A stretch of DNA of 45,732 bases, taken from NCBI GenBank assembly GCA_044220955.1, contig JBGAQA010000053.1:1-45732 (forward strand), written 5' to 3'. The stretch is from Sandaracinaceae bacterium. GTDB taxonomy: Bacteria > Myxococcota_A > Polyangia > Polyangiales > Sandaracinaceae. The position numbers were made by a program, and so were the translations under genes. Of this stretch, positions 1 to 9,114 are shown in pieces; positions within the stretch are counted from its first letter, which is position 1; every line of letters begins with the position of its first letter. A model generated the notes under the pieces. That model was not told the DNA's origin. It was given only the letters and a program-made list of their open reading frames with translations, and searched no databases.

Positions 1-849
1 CGCTTCCCGCTCGGCGTCGCCGCCGCCGCTGCGCTCGCGCTGGGTGCGCTCGGCGCCTTCGGGCTCTGGTCGCTCACGCGCGCGACGCCGGAGCCTGCGC
101 CGCCGCCCCCTCCTCTCGAGGTCACGCCCGTCGCCGAGGACGCCGCGACCCCGCCGCCCGTGGAGATCTGGCCCGACGGCACGACGCGCTGGTGGCGCGG
201 CACCTGGACCAAGCCGACGTCACCCTCGACCTTCTCGTTCGTCCTGCACCTGCACCGGAGCGGCGGCGCGATCGACGGAGTCATCGACTGGACGCAGGAG
301 ACGGATCAGGCGCCGGGGATCGAGTGGGTGCACGGGAGCTACCAGGACGGGACGCTCACCTTCGAGGGGGATCAGGCCAGGGGCGCCGTCGTGACCGACG
401 CGTACCGGCTGACGCTCGAGCCGGACGGCATGCTGCACGGTGCGACGCGCACGGGAGAGGGCGATTGGGCGGGCGTGATGACCGGCGTGGCCAGCGGTCG
501 CACGCCGCCGCCCGCCCCGTTCGACGTGGCCGCAGCCCCGGCCTCGGCGCCGACGAGCCCCGCGGGCGTCGCCTCGCGCTCGATCGGCGTGTCCACCGCG
601 ACGGGTGCGCGGCCCGTGGCGACGGATCGGGTGCGCATCGAGTACACGGTGTGGACGCCGGACGGTGTGCTCGTGTCGAGCACCTATTCCCACGAGGCAG
701 CCGACGAGACGTCCGTCTCGAGCCTCTTGCCGGCGCTCTCGGAGGGCGTGCAGACGATGCGCGTCGGTGACCGACGCCGCTTCTGGATCCCCTCCGGCGG
801 CGGCCACGACGCGCTCGTCGCGGACGTCGCCCTGCTCGAGATCCTCTGA
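1..849 (+). CDS. 5'-truncated membrane-anchored protein with C-terminal degenerate FKBP-type PPIase-like domain
   Basis: Frame is open from base 1: TM helix (LGVAAAAALALGALGAFGLW), Pro-rich linker, beta-rich domain, then FKBP-like GARPVATDRVRIEYTVWTPDG...LSEGVQTMRVGDRRRFWIP...LVADVALLEI. Confidence 0.7.
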   Translation, partial: RFPLGVAAAAALALGALGAFGLWSLTRATPEPAPPPPPLEVTPVAEDAATPPPVEIWPDGTTRWWRGTWTKPTSPSTFSFVLHLHRSGGAIDGVIDWTQETDQAPGIEWVHGSYQDGTLTFEGDQARGAVVTDAYRLTLEPDGMLHGATRTGEGDWAGVMTGVASGRTPPPAPFDVAAAPASAPTSPAGVASRSIGVSTATGARPVATDRVRIEYTVWTPDGVLVSSTYSHEAADETSVSSLLPALSEGVQTMRVGDRRRFWIPSGGGHDALVADVALLEIL

Positions 850-904
850 TGCCCAGGCGCCGGTTCACGGCGCCGAGCTCATGGGGGAGCTAGCTTCACA
901 CCCG

Positions 905-3900
905 TCAGCCACAGACCCCCGCGTTGCACCGGCGCATCCCGGTGCACGGGGCCCGCATCCCGCAGGCGCAGTTGCCCGCGGCCGTGCAGCTGTCCGAGCG
1001 GCCGTCCGCGGTGCAGTCCGTGCACGCTCGCCCGTTCGAGCCGCACGTCGCTGGCGCCCGTGCGCGGCAGACGTTGCCCGAGCAGCACCCGTCGGGGCAC
1101 GAGGTCGCGTCGCACGCGCACGCGCCGCCGACGCAGTGCTGGCCCGGGGCACAGGCCGCGCCTCCGCCGCAGGTGCATGCGCCCAGGGCGCAGCCGTCCG
1201 CCCCGACGCCGCACGTGACGCACGAGCTGCCCGTCGCCCCGCACGCCATCGCGGTCGGGGGCGAGGTGCAGGTCGAGCCCGAGCAGCACCCGCCGGGACA
1301 CGTGGACGCGTTGCAGCTCGCGCACACGCCCGACGCGCACGTGCCGGAGGCGCAGCTCGTGCACGCGGCGCCGCCCGTGCCGCATGCGCTCGACGACGTG
1401 CCCGCCATGCACGAGCTGCCCTGGCAGCAGCCGCCGCACGAGGACGGGTCGCACACGCACGCGCCCCCCGAGCATCGCTGCCCCGCGCCGCACGCGGGCC
1501 CGGCGCCGCAGGTGCACGCGCCGAGCGTCGAGCAGCCGTCGCCGGCGCCGCCGAGGGAGCAGTCGACGCAGCTCACGCCGCCCGTGCCGCAGGTGTCCGT
1601 GGCGCGTGGCGCGCACGCGGTCCCCATGCAGCAACCGGAGGGACAGGAGCTCACGTCGCACGTGCATGCCCCGCTCACGCAGCGCTGGCCCGAGGCGCAC
1701 GGCGGGCCCGAGCCGCAGGAGCACACCCCGAGGGTGCAGCCGTCCGATCGAAGGTCGCACGCGACGCAGGCCGTGGCGCCCGTGCCGCACGCGCTCGCCG
1801 TCGGAGGTGTGCATGCCGCGCCGTTGCAGCACCCGCTCGCGCAGGTGGCCGCGTTGCAGCTGCTGCAGGTCCCGGCGCTGCACGTGTCGCCGGCGCTGCA
1901 CGCCGTGCACGCGCTGCCGCCCGAGCCGCAGGCGCTCGCGCTGCTCCCCGACGTGCACTCGTCGCCGTTGCAGCACCCCGCGCACGAGGTCGCGTCGCAC
2001 CTGCACGCGCCGCCGACGCAGCGCTGGCCGGCCGCGCAAGCGGGCCCGGCGCCGCAGCTGCAGGCGCCCGCGCCGTCGCAGCCATCGGCGGTGGTCGCGT
2101 CGCACGCGATGCACTGGGCGCCAGGCGCGCCGCACGCGCTCGTGCCCGTCGCCCGGCACGCCGTTCCCGCGCAGCACCCCGCGGCGCACGAGGTCGCGTC
2201 GCAGACGCACGCCCCGAGGAGGCAGCGCTGTCCCACCGCACAGGCGCCGCCGCCGCCGCAGCTGCACTCGCCGCTCGGCGTGCACCGATCGGCCAGCGTG
2301 ACGTCGCACGCGGTGCAGATCAGGCCGGCGGCAGCGCAGGTCGCGGTCGTCAGCGGCCGGCACGTGTCGCCGTCGCAGCAGCCCGTCGGACACGAGGTCG
2401 CGTCGCACGTGCAGGCCCCCCCGGCGCAGTGCTGGCCGGGCGCGCACACCGCGCCCGCGCCGCACGCGCAGCCGGCGCCGGCGCATCCATCCGCGCGGAC
2501 GGGGTCACACGCGAAGCACGCGGCCCCGCCGATCCCGCAGCTCCCCACGCTCGGCACGTTGCAGCTCGCGCCGGAGCAGCAGCCGCCCGGACAGCCCGCC
2601 GCGCACCCCGTACAGACGCCGGCCGCGCAGCTCCCCGTCCCGCAGGGCTCGCACGCGCCGCCGCCGCTTCCGCACATCGCGTCCGCGTCGCCGGCGCGGC
2701 ACGTGGTGCCGTCGCAGCAGCCGGCGCACGAGGTCGCGTCGCACACGCAGGCGCCGCCCGCGCAATGCTGTCCCGGCGCGCACGCCGCCCCCGCGCCGCA
2801 CCGGCAGAGGCCCGCCGCGCATCCGTCCGCGGTGGTGGGGTCACACGCCGCGCAGCTGCCGCCCGCCGGGCCGCAGCTCGCGAACGAGATCGGTGAGCAC
2901 GTGTCCCCGTCGCAGCATCCCGACGCGCAGGACGCGGGGTCGCAGACGCAGCGCCCCGACGCGCAGCGCTGCCCGGGGCGGCACGCGGGACCGGTGCCGC
3001 AGCCGCACGTCCCGGTTCCCGAGCATGCGTCTGCGAGCGTCGGGTCGCACGCGATGCAGCTCGCGCCGCCCGATCCACACGTGCCGAGCGCGCGCAGCCG
3101 GCAGCTCGCGCCGTCGCAGCACCCGGCGGTGCACGACGACGCGTCGCAGATGCAGAGGCCCGTGACGCAGTGCTGTCCTCCGGCGCACGGGGGGCCGTCG
3201 CCGCACGCGCACGTCCCGTCGAGGGCGCACGCGTCCGCGCGCATCGAGTCGCAGACGCGGCACGTCGCGCCGGCCGCGCCGCACGCGGCTGCCGAGCTCA
3301 GCACGCAGCTCGAGCCCGAGCAGCAGCCGGACGCGCACGAGCTCGCGTCGCACCCCGAGCACGCTCCGCCCGAGCACGTCTCGCCCGCGGGGCAGGCGGT
3401 GCATGCCTGACCCGCGCTGCCGCAGGCCGTGGCCCCGTCGCCGGGCCGGCACGTGTCCCGGTCACAGCACCCCGTCGCGCACGACGTCGCGTCGCAGGCG
3501 CAGTGCCCCGCCACGCAGCGTTGGCCGGGCCCACACGCGGGGCCGCCGCCACAGCCGAAGGAGCACGTCGATGGCGAGCCGGGCGCGGCCTCGCACGTCC
3601 ACCCGGCCTCGATCTCGCAGCTGCTGCTGCAGCCGTCGGCGGGGGCCGTGCCGCCGTCGTCGCAGGCCTCGATCAGGGCCCGCACCTCGCCGTCACCACA
3701 CAGGGCCGGCGCGCCGAGGTGCACCGCCACGCCGACGATCTGCCCGCGGACGATCTCGATCGCCGCTGCGCCCGAGCCCACGAGCGCGCCAGCGGAGAGC
3801 CCGTCGACCCGGGCGGTGAAGCTCGCGCCGTCGGCCGACTCGGGCAGCAGCACCACGAGGCTCTCTCCCTCGGGCGAGAGGGCGCGCGCGCCCTCGGGTC

Positions 3901-4102
3901 GGAGCGTCGGCGGCAGCGCCTCCGTCGGCGCGCTCCCCGCCGTGGCGAGCTGGCCCGAGAAGCGCAGCTGGTCGACGGGGACCTCGTAGGTCACCTCGAT
4001 CCGGACGCCGGTGAGGCCCGACTGCACGCGGGCCGCGCATCCAGGCGCCACGACGCCGACGAGCGAGCACGAGAGCACGAGACCGCACGTCAGGCGGCTC
4101 AT
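905..4102 (-). CDS. Large cysteine-rich repeat lipoprotein (1065 aa) with one Myxococcus Cys-rich (DUF4215-like) repeat and 14 GCC-centred modules
   Basis: ATG at 4102 overlaps the upstream stop (ATGA). Signal peptide ends VVAPG-C. CGDGEV...EACDDG...DGCSSSC motif, then 14 CDxxSCxxGCC modules. Confidence 0.85.
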   Translation of the reverse strand: MSRLTCGLVLSCSLVGVVAPGCAARVQSGLTGVRIEVTYEVPVDQLRFSGQLATAGSAPTEALPPTLRPEGARALSPEGESLVVLLPESADGASFTARVDGLSAGALVGSGAAAIEIVRGQIVGVAVHLGAPALCGDGEVRALIEACDDGGTAPADGCSSSCEIEAGWTCEAAPGSPSTCSFGCGGGPACGPGQRCVAGHCACDATSCATGCCDRDTCRPGDGATACGSAGQACTACPAGETCSGGACSGCDASSCASGCCSGSSCVLSSAAACGAAGATCRVCDSMRADACALDGTCACGDGPPCAGGQHCVTGLCICDASSCTAGCCDGASCRLRALGTCGSGGASCIACDPTLADACSGTGTCGCGTGPACRPGQRCASGRCVCDPASCASGCCDGDTCSPISFASCGPAGGSCAACDPTTADGCAAGLCRCGAGAACAPGQHCAGGACVCDATSCAGCCDGTTCRAGDADAMCGSGGGACEPCGTGSCAAGVCTGCAAGCPGGCCSGASCNVPSVGSCGIGGAACFACDPVRADGCAGAGCACGAGAVCAPGQHCAGGACTCDATSCPTGCCDGDTCRPLTTATCAAAGLICTACDVTLADRCTPSGECSCGGGGACAVGQRCLLGACVCDATSCAAGCCAGTACRATGTSACGAPGAQCIACDATTADGCDGAGACSCGAGPACAAGQRCVGGACRCDATSCAGCCNGDECTSGSSASACGSGGSACTACSAGDTCSAGTCSSCNAATCASGCCNGAACTPPTASACGTGATACVACDLRSDGCTLGVCSCGSGPPCASGQRCVSGACTCDVSSCPSGCCMGTACAPRATDTCGTGGVSCVDCSLGGAGDGCSTLGACTCGAGPACGAGQRCSGGACVCDPSSCGGCCQGSSCMAGTSSSACGTGGAACTSCASGTCASGVCASCNASTCPGGCCSGSTCTSPPTAMACGATGSSCVTCGVGADGCALGACTCGGGAACAPGQHCVGGACACDATSCPDGCCSGNVCRARAPATCGSNGRACTDCTADGRSDSCTAAGNCACGMRAPCTGMRRCNAGVCG

Positions 4103-4893
4103 GGGCGCGCGTCGATGGTGCCGAGGCTGCCCATCGGCAGCGTCGTGGTCCCGTCGCTCGCGACGACACCGAGGGTCACGCCCGCGCCGGCGAGGGCGAC
4201 CCCGCCGACGATGACCCAGAACCACCACTGCTCGTAGACCTCGTCGTGCTCGGCGGGCGGGACGTCGTCGAAGGCAGACGTGGCGGCGAGCTCCGGCGCG
4301 ACGCTCGGCTCGAGGGCCGGCTCCTCGGGAGCTGGCGCGGGACGCTCGGGGATCGCCAGGTCGACCTCGACGCGACCGGCGGGCTCGACGTCGACCGCCG
4401 CGCTCGCGACGATCTCCCCGTCACGACGCGCCTCGATCGCGTGGTGCCCGGGATCGCAGGGCGCCGCGATGCCGAGCAGCGATGTGTGGTCCGCCCCGTC
4501 GACGAGCACGACGAGCCCTTCGGTGGGCCCGCTCGCGTGGAGCGTCAGGCGGCCGATCACCTGCTCGAGCTCGTCGATCGATTGCGCGGCGTGGGCGCGC
4601 AGGGCCTCGCTCGCCGTCGCGTCGCGCAGCACGGCGCGGAAGGCCTCCGAGGCCTCCACCGCGCGCCCCAGGTGCGTCAGGGCGATCCCGTAGTTCGAGG
4701 CGATGACCGGGGAGGCACGCAGGGCGTGGGCCCGACCGAAGCGTTCCACCGCGCAGGCCCAGTCCTGCCCGTCCGCGCACTGCACCCCTTCCTGGAACAG
4801 GGCGCGAGCGGCCGCGGCGGCGCGGGCACCGTCCTGGGCGTGCGCCGAGGAGGCAGTCGCGAGCAGGAGCACCGTGAGGATCCGGGTGCGCAC
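4099..4893 (-). CDS. Secreted TPR + PEGA-like protein with C-terminal WWFW/hydrophobic anchor
   Basis: Signal peptide (AHA-Q); TPR-like ARALFQEG...AVERFGRAHAL...NYGIALTHLGRAVEA; PEGA-like GRLTL...VLVDG...DPGHHAIEA; YEQWWFW followed by a TM segment. Confidence 0.8.
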   Translation of the reverse strand: MRTRILTVLLLATASSAHAQDGARAAAAARALFQEGVQCADGQDWACAVERFGRAHALRASPVIASNYGIALTHLGRAVEASEAFRAVLRDATASEALRAHAAQSIDELEQVIGRLTLHASGPTEGLVVLVDGADHTSLLGIAAPCDPGHHAIEARRDGEIVASAAVDVEPAGRVEVDLAIPERPAPAPEEPALEPSVAPELAATSAFDDVPPAEHDEVYEQWWFWVIVGGVALAGAGVTLGVVASDGTTTLPMGSLGTIDARP

Positions 4894-4916
4894 GGTCGCA
4901 TGATCGTCGGTTCCAG

Positions 4917-4945
4917 TTGGATTGCAACCGCGGCTTCTCTACACT
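4917..4945 (+). promoter_or_regulatory. Putative sigma70-type promoter of the kinase gene
   Basis: TTGGAT (4917-4922), 17-nt spacer, TACACT (4940-4945). Confidence 0.4.
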
Positions 4946-4985
4946 GCTCGTTCCCGGGCACCCCCGTTCAGGACGAGGTCTCACC

Positions 4986-6419
4986 ATGAGGACCGCCGAG
5001 GTCGCACCCCGCGCCACACTGCACGCCGTCCGTGAGGGGAAGCGCGTTTCCGTCGGCACGGAGGGTCAGATCCTCGGGGGCAAGTACCGCCTCGAGCGCC
5101 GGATCGCCACGGGCGGCTCCGCGTCGGTCTGGAGGGCGATGCACGAGACCCTCAACCGGCCGGTCGCGGTGAAGTTCGTCGATGCGCGCAGCACGGCGGG
5201 CGACGAGGAGCGGGTGGGGCGCTTCCTGCGCGAGGCGAAGGTCGCGGCGTCCGTCCGCCACAAGAACGTGGTCGACATCCTCGACTTCGGCGTGTGCGAG
5301 CACGACGGAGTCGCCGAGCCGTACATGATCATGGAGCTCCTCGAGGGCGAGGCGCTCGACGAGATGCTCGGCCGCGGGCTCTTGCCGGTGCAGTCGGCCG
5401 CGAGCGTGGTGAGGCAGATTCTCAGTGGTCTCGAGGCCGTGCATGCGGCCGGGATCATCCATCGCGATCTGAAGCCGGGAAACGTGTTCGTCACGGAGGA
5501 TGGAGACGGCCTCTTCGCGCGCCTGCTCGACTTCGGCATCTCCCAGAACTCGGACGACACCTCCGATCGCACGGTCGTCGGGACGCCCGAGTACATGTCG
5601 CCCGAGCAGGCGTTCGGAGACCCGCTCGACGCGCGCTCGGACATCTACTCGGTCGGCGTGATCCTCTACGAGATGCTCGCGGGCTATCCGCCGTTCGAGG
5701 ACGAGGACCCCTCGCGCGTGCTCCGCCTCGTCGTCGAGACGCGTCCGCCCTCGCTCGCGGCGGCTCGTCCCGACGAGCCGGCGCTCTGTCAGGTGGCGGA
5801 GAAGGCGATGTCGCGCGAGCCGGCCCAGCGCTACTCGAGCGCCCGCACCATGCAGCGCGCGCTCGTCGACGCGATGGGCGGGCCGGACACCACGGGGCGC
5901 CACTCGGTGCCGGATCCGGCCTCGCGCCCCAGCGGGAAGTACCGGCGCGAGGCGCCCACGCTCGACGCCGTCGTCACGCCGCGGCCGACGCCACCGACGC
6001 GCCCGTCCGGTGGGCTCGTGGCGCCCCGACGTCCGCGGCCGGCGTCGCGCCGCGGGCGCACCATCGGCCTGACCCTCGCTGCCATGGCGATCGTGGCCGC
6101 CGTGGTTGGCCTCTGGCTCGCGCGGCACGGTGCGTCCGCCGCCCCCGGCCCCGGTACGTCGAGCGCGAGCCCGTCGCCCCCGGCTCACACCTCGGCGGCG
6201 ACGACCCCGGCCGCCGCGCCGCCCTCGTCCGCCGCGGCGCCGGCCTCTTCGGCGCGCGTTCCCGATCCTTCGTCGGTCGCGGCGCAGGAGCCGGCCGACC
6301 CGAGCGCGCCGCCGCGCCCCGAGCCGCCGCGCAGCGCCCGCTCCCGCCGCGCCGCGTCCGGCTCGGCGCCCGCGCCAGCGCCCGCGCCTGGCGGCATCAC
6401 TCGCGAGCTCGACTTCTGA
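4986..6419 (+). CDS. Membrane-anchored Hanks-type Ser/Thr protein kinase (RD type)
   Basis: VAVK, HRDLKPGN, DFG, GTPEYMSPEQ, DIYSVG; TM helix and Pro/Ala-rich tail; GAGG upstream of ATG 4986. Confidence 0.95.
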   Translation: MRTAEVAPRATLHAVREGKRVSVGTEGQILGGKYRLERRIATGGSASVWRAMHETLNRPVAVKFVDARSTAGDEERVGRFLREAKVAASVRHKNVVDILDFGVCEHDGVAEPYMIMELLEGEALDEMLGRGLLPVQSAASVVRQILSGLEAVHAAGIIHRDLKPGNVFVTEDGDGLFARLLDFGISQNSDDTSDRTVVGTPEYMSPEQAFGDPLDARSDIYSVGVILYEMLAGYPPFEDEDPSRVLRLVVETRPPSLAAARPDEPALCQVAEKAMSREPAQRYSSARTMQRALVDAMGGPDTTGRHSVPDPASRPSGKYRREAPTLDAVVTPRPTPPTRPSGGLVAPRRPRPASRRGRTIGLTLAAMAIVAAVVGLWLARHGASAAPGPGTSSASPSPPAHTSAATTPAAAPPSSAAAPASSARVPDPSSVAAQEPADPSAPPRPEPPRSARSRRAASGSAPAPAPAPGGITRELDF

Positions 6420-6442
6420 GAGAGCAGCGCCGATCGACCCGG

Positions 6443-7297
6443 TCAGCGGGACGCGCGGATGGCGCGGCCGACCCGCACGACCCGCGGGAACATGGGGTAG
6501 CGGACGTGGCTGCGATCGCGGTGCGCGTGATCGCGCTGGCGAACGACGCGCGTGCGCAGCACCGTCCAGCCGGTCGCGCCCTCGTCGACCAGCCGGCGCG
6601 TGCCCGCGGCGAGGTGCCGGTCGCGCTCGACCCGCTCGCGCGGCTGCGTGGTCTGCTCGATCGTCGCGTCCCAGGCGACCTCGAGCGGTGCGGCGTCGGT
6701 CGTCAGCGTGACGAGCAGCTGGTCGCGCTCCGTGCGCGCGTGGATGGTGAGCACGTGGTCGAAAGGGTTCTCGACGACGAGGTCGAGGCGCCCGTTCGCG
6801 ATCGCCGCGTCCATCCCGGGACGCGCGTAGTGCGGCAGGCGCGTGTGCGGGTGCACCTCGGAGACGGGCAGCCCCGCCGTCCAGGCGGCGACGAAGAGCG
6901 TGGTCGCGACCTGGCAGATGCCGCCGCCGATCCCGGGCGTGGGCACGCCGCCGAGCAGCGTCTCGGCATCGAGGAAGCCGCGGTCCTCGGTGCGGGGCCC
7001 CACCCGCGCATCGAACGAGAGCGTGCGTCGGGGTCGGATCGTCGCTCCGTCGAGGAACGACGCGGCCAGGCGCACGTTCGTCACGCGCGCGGTCTCCGAG
7101 AGATCGAGGCTGGTCGCGTGGCGCCCGACCATCCCGTCGGGGAGCTGGAGATCGGCGGTGCGCCCATGCGTTTCCAGCGCCTCGGGCGGAGGTGCCGACG
7201 CGGGAGGCTGCGCGACGAGCAGCGTCGGCGCGAGCAGCGCCGCGCCCAGCGCACACGCCGTCAGGCTCGTCAGGGCTCTCGTGGCGACTGGGCGCAC
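6443..7297 (-). CDS. VanW family exported protein
   Basis: RVTNVRLAA..LDG..I.P...SF...VGPRT..RGF, GIGGGICQVATTLF, HPH..YARPGMDA; N-terminal signal peptide. Confidence 0.9.
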   Translation of the reverse strand: MRPVATRALTSLTACALGAALLAPTLLVAQPPASAPPPEALETHGRTADLQLPDGMVGRHATSLDLSETARVTNVRLAASFLDGATIRPRRTLSFDARVGPRTEDRGFLDAETLLGGVPTPGIGGGICQVATTLFVAAWTAGLPVSEVHPHTRLPHYARPGMDAAIANGRLDLVVENPFDHVLTIHARTERDQLLVTLTTDAAPLEVAWDATIEQTTQPRERVERDRHLAAGTRRLVDEGATGWTVLRTRVVRQRDHAHRDRSHVRYPMFPRVVRVGRAIRASR

Positions 7298-7355
7298 CTT
7301 CGACTCCGCGCGGTGAGACGCCCAGGGTAGTCCAGGTGTTCCGGGCAGGCGAGGA

Positions 7356-8999
7356 TCAGGCGTTGATGCTCGCCGTGATCCGCGACGGCAGCAGGAACGT
7401 GTAGGGCAGCGGTCGCGAGGCGTTTCGCGCCGCGGTCGCCGCCTCGATGGCCCCGAGGTCGGCCTGGAACGCCGCCACGAGCGGTGCGACCCGCGGATCG
7501 ACGAAGTGCCCCGGGTCGTACTTCCCGAGCCAGTTGACGTGCAGGTTCGCGACCTGGAACGTCGCCGTGATCGTCTCCCAGCCGATCTCGGCGGGCGGGA
7601 GCAACGCGTACAGGTCGGCGTCGCTCGCCGTCGCGCGGTCCGGGAGCACGCTCGCCCCCGCAGTGGGCATGCTCGGGACGAACGCGGCCCAGTCGTAGTT
7701 CGAATTGTTGATCGTCGCGTGGTACGCGGTCGCGCGGAAGACGATGCGCGCGATCAGGTCGACCACGTCGGCGACGGTCGCGGGCGCCACGCCGCTGACC
7801 ATCGTGGGCAGGCGCCCACCGTCCGCGGCGCCCACCTCGCGCACGAACGCCTCGAGCTCGGCGTCCCCGCTCACGTCGGCGTCGCTCGGGTAGTAGAGGC
7901 GCACGTAGCTCTCCACGAAGGTCCGTAGCGCCGACCAGATCGGAAGCGCGTCGTCCCGGAACGGGTACTCGAGGAGCACGCCAGCGTCGCCGACGCCCCG
8001 GCGCGCGTAGTCGATCGTCGGGTCGAGCGATGCGAGATCGAGCGTGGCCACGCTGCGGTCGAGGATGTCCGTCTGCGCCTCGATCGTCGGTGCGAGCAGG
8101 CGATCCTGCACGCCTCCGGGACTCACGACCGACTTCCTGGCGACCTGGTTGACCGCGAGCGTCGTCTCGAAGTGCGGCGCCAAGAGGACGAAGAGCGGAT
8201 GGTCCTCCGAGAGCTGCCTGTGCGCCGCGAGGATGAAGCGCTCGATCACCATGTGGCACCACCCGAGGTGCACCAGCACGCCCTGCAGGTTCTCGTCGGC
8301 GACGTTCGCGGCGGTGCGCGCGAGCATCCAGTCGCGGTCGCCCGGGTAGTACAGCGTGGCGCGCCGGCCGGCGTGGCCCGCGACCTGGATCGCGAGCGGC
8401 CGCAGCTTCCCCGGGAACGACGCGTCGACGCAGAACAGGACGATGGGCGCCCAGAGGAACTTGGCGTGCCCATCGGTGACGCCGGTCGGGGCGCCGTCGA
8501 AGAGCGCGTAGTCGGTGACGAAGAGGCGGTGCGAGGCCAGCGCGTCCGCGATCGAGGCTCGCTCGGTGCCGAGCACGCGGCGCAGGTCGGCGTCCGTCAC
8601 CGGCAGCGCCTCCGGCAGCGCGTCGAGGCGCCTGAGAGCGTTCGGCGTCGGTCCCGCGAGCCGCTGCCAGGCGAAGCACCAGTCTTCTCTCCAGTGTGCC
8701 ATCGCGAGCGGTGCCGGCAGGAGCGGGAACATCTTCGCCCACGAGTCGATCGGGCGGCCGTCCTTCGCGACCCAGCTCTCGAGCTTGGCCGCCGCGCGGT
8801 TGGCCTGGAGCTTGATCGTCACCTCCGCGCCCTGGGCGAGGTAGCGCGGAGGGAACATCTCGCGCAGCGGCAGAGACCTCACGAAGCAGAGGTTCGCGTA
8901 CGAGAAATCGTATGCGTAGTCGTCGCGGGCTCTCGCGAGCCGGTCGGCGCGCGCCGCGGCGTCGCTCGCGTGCTGGGGAAGCGTGGGCTGCGCGCTCAT
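7356..8999 (-). CDS. Lipoxygenase family protein LOX1 (547 aa, atypical active-site residues)
   Basis: FAWQRLAGPTP, LRPLAIQ, HLGWCH, HPLFVLLAPHF, EYPFRDDA, HATIN, C-terminus ASINA; GAGGG RBS before ATG 8999. Confidence 0.92.
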   Translation of the reverse strand: MSAQPTLPQHASDAAARADRLARARDDYAYDFSYANLCFVRSLPLREMFPPRYLAQGAEVTIKLQANRAAAKLESWVAKDGRPIDSWAKMFPLLPAPLAMAHWREDWCFAWQRLAGPTPNALRRLDALPEALPVTDADLRRVLGTERASIADALASHRLFVTDYALFDGAPTGVTDGHAKFLWAPIVLFCVDASFPGKLRPLAIQVAGHAGRRATLYYPGDRDWMLARTAANVADENLQGVLVHLGWCHMVIERFILAAHRQLSEDHPLFVLLAPHFETTLAVNQVARKSVVSPGGVQDRLLAPTIEAQTDILDRSVATLDLASLDPTIDYARRGVGDAGVLLEYPFRDDALPIWSALRTFVESYVRLYYPSDADVSGDAELEAFVREVGAADGGRLPTMVSGVAPATVADVVDLIARIVFRATAYHATINNSNYDWAAFVPSMPTAGASVLPDRATASDADLYALLPPAEIGWETITATFQVANLHVNWLGKYDPGHFVDPRVAPLVAAFQADLGAIEAATAARNASRPLPYTFLLPSRITASINA

Positions 9000-9114
9000 G
9001 GTGGGACCCTCGCGCGGCAGGGTACCTCGGCCCCGCGCTCGTCTTCCATCCACACACCGGCTCACGCCTCGCGCCGCGTGGCGACCGCCGGTCGTCGGGG
9101 GACGCGGAGGTCGA

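Noticed and set aside
905..3560. Repetitive DNA as a possible CRISPR array
   Set aside because: Repeats are degenerate, in-frame protein repeats without constant repeat and unique spacer structure; no cas genes.
605..4237. Long plus-strand ORFs with His/Gln/Pro or Arg/Ala repeats
   Set aside because: Antisense shadows of the Cys-rich lipoprotein (TGC codons read as GCA/CAC/CAG).
6443..7297. VanW as a vancomycin-resistance locus or part of the LOX operon
   Set aside because: No vanHAX/RS genes, VanW domains are widespread, and a separate TACCCT -10-like box lies in the 58-bp gap.
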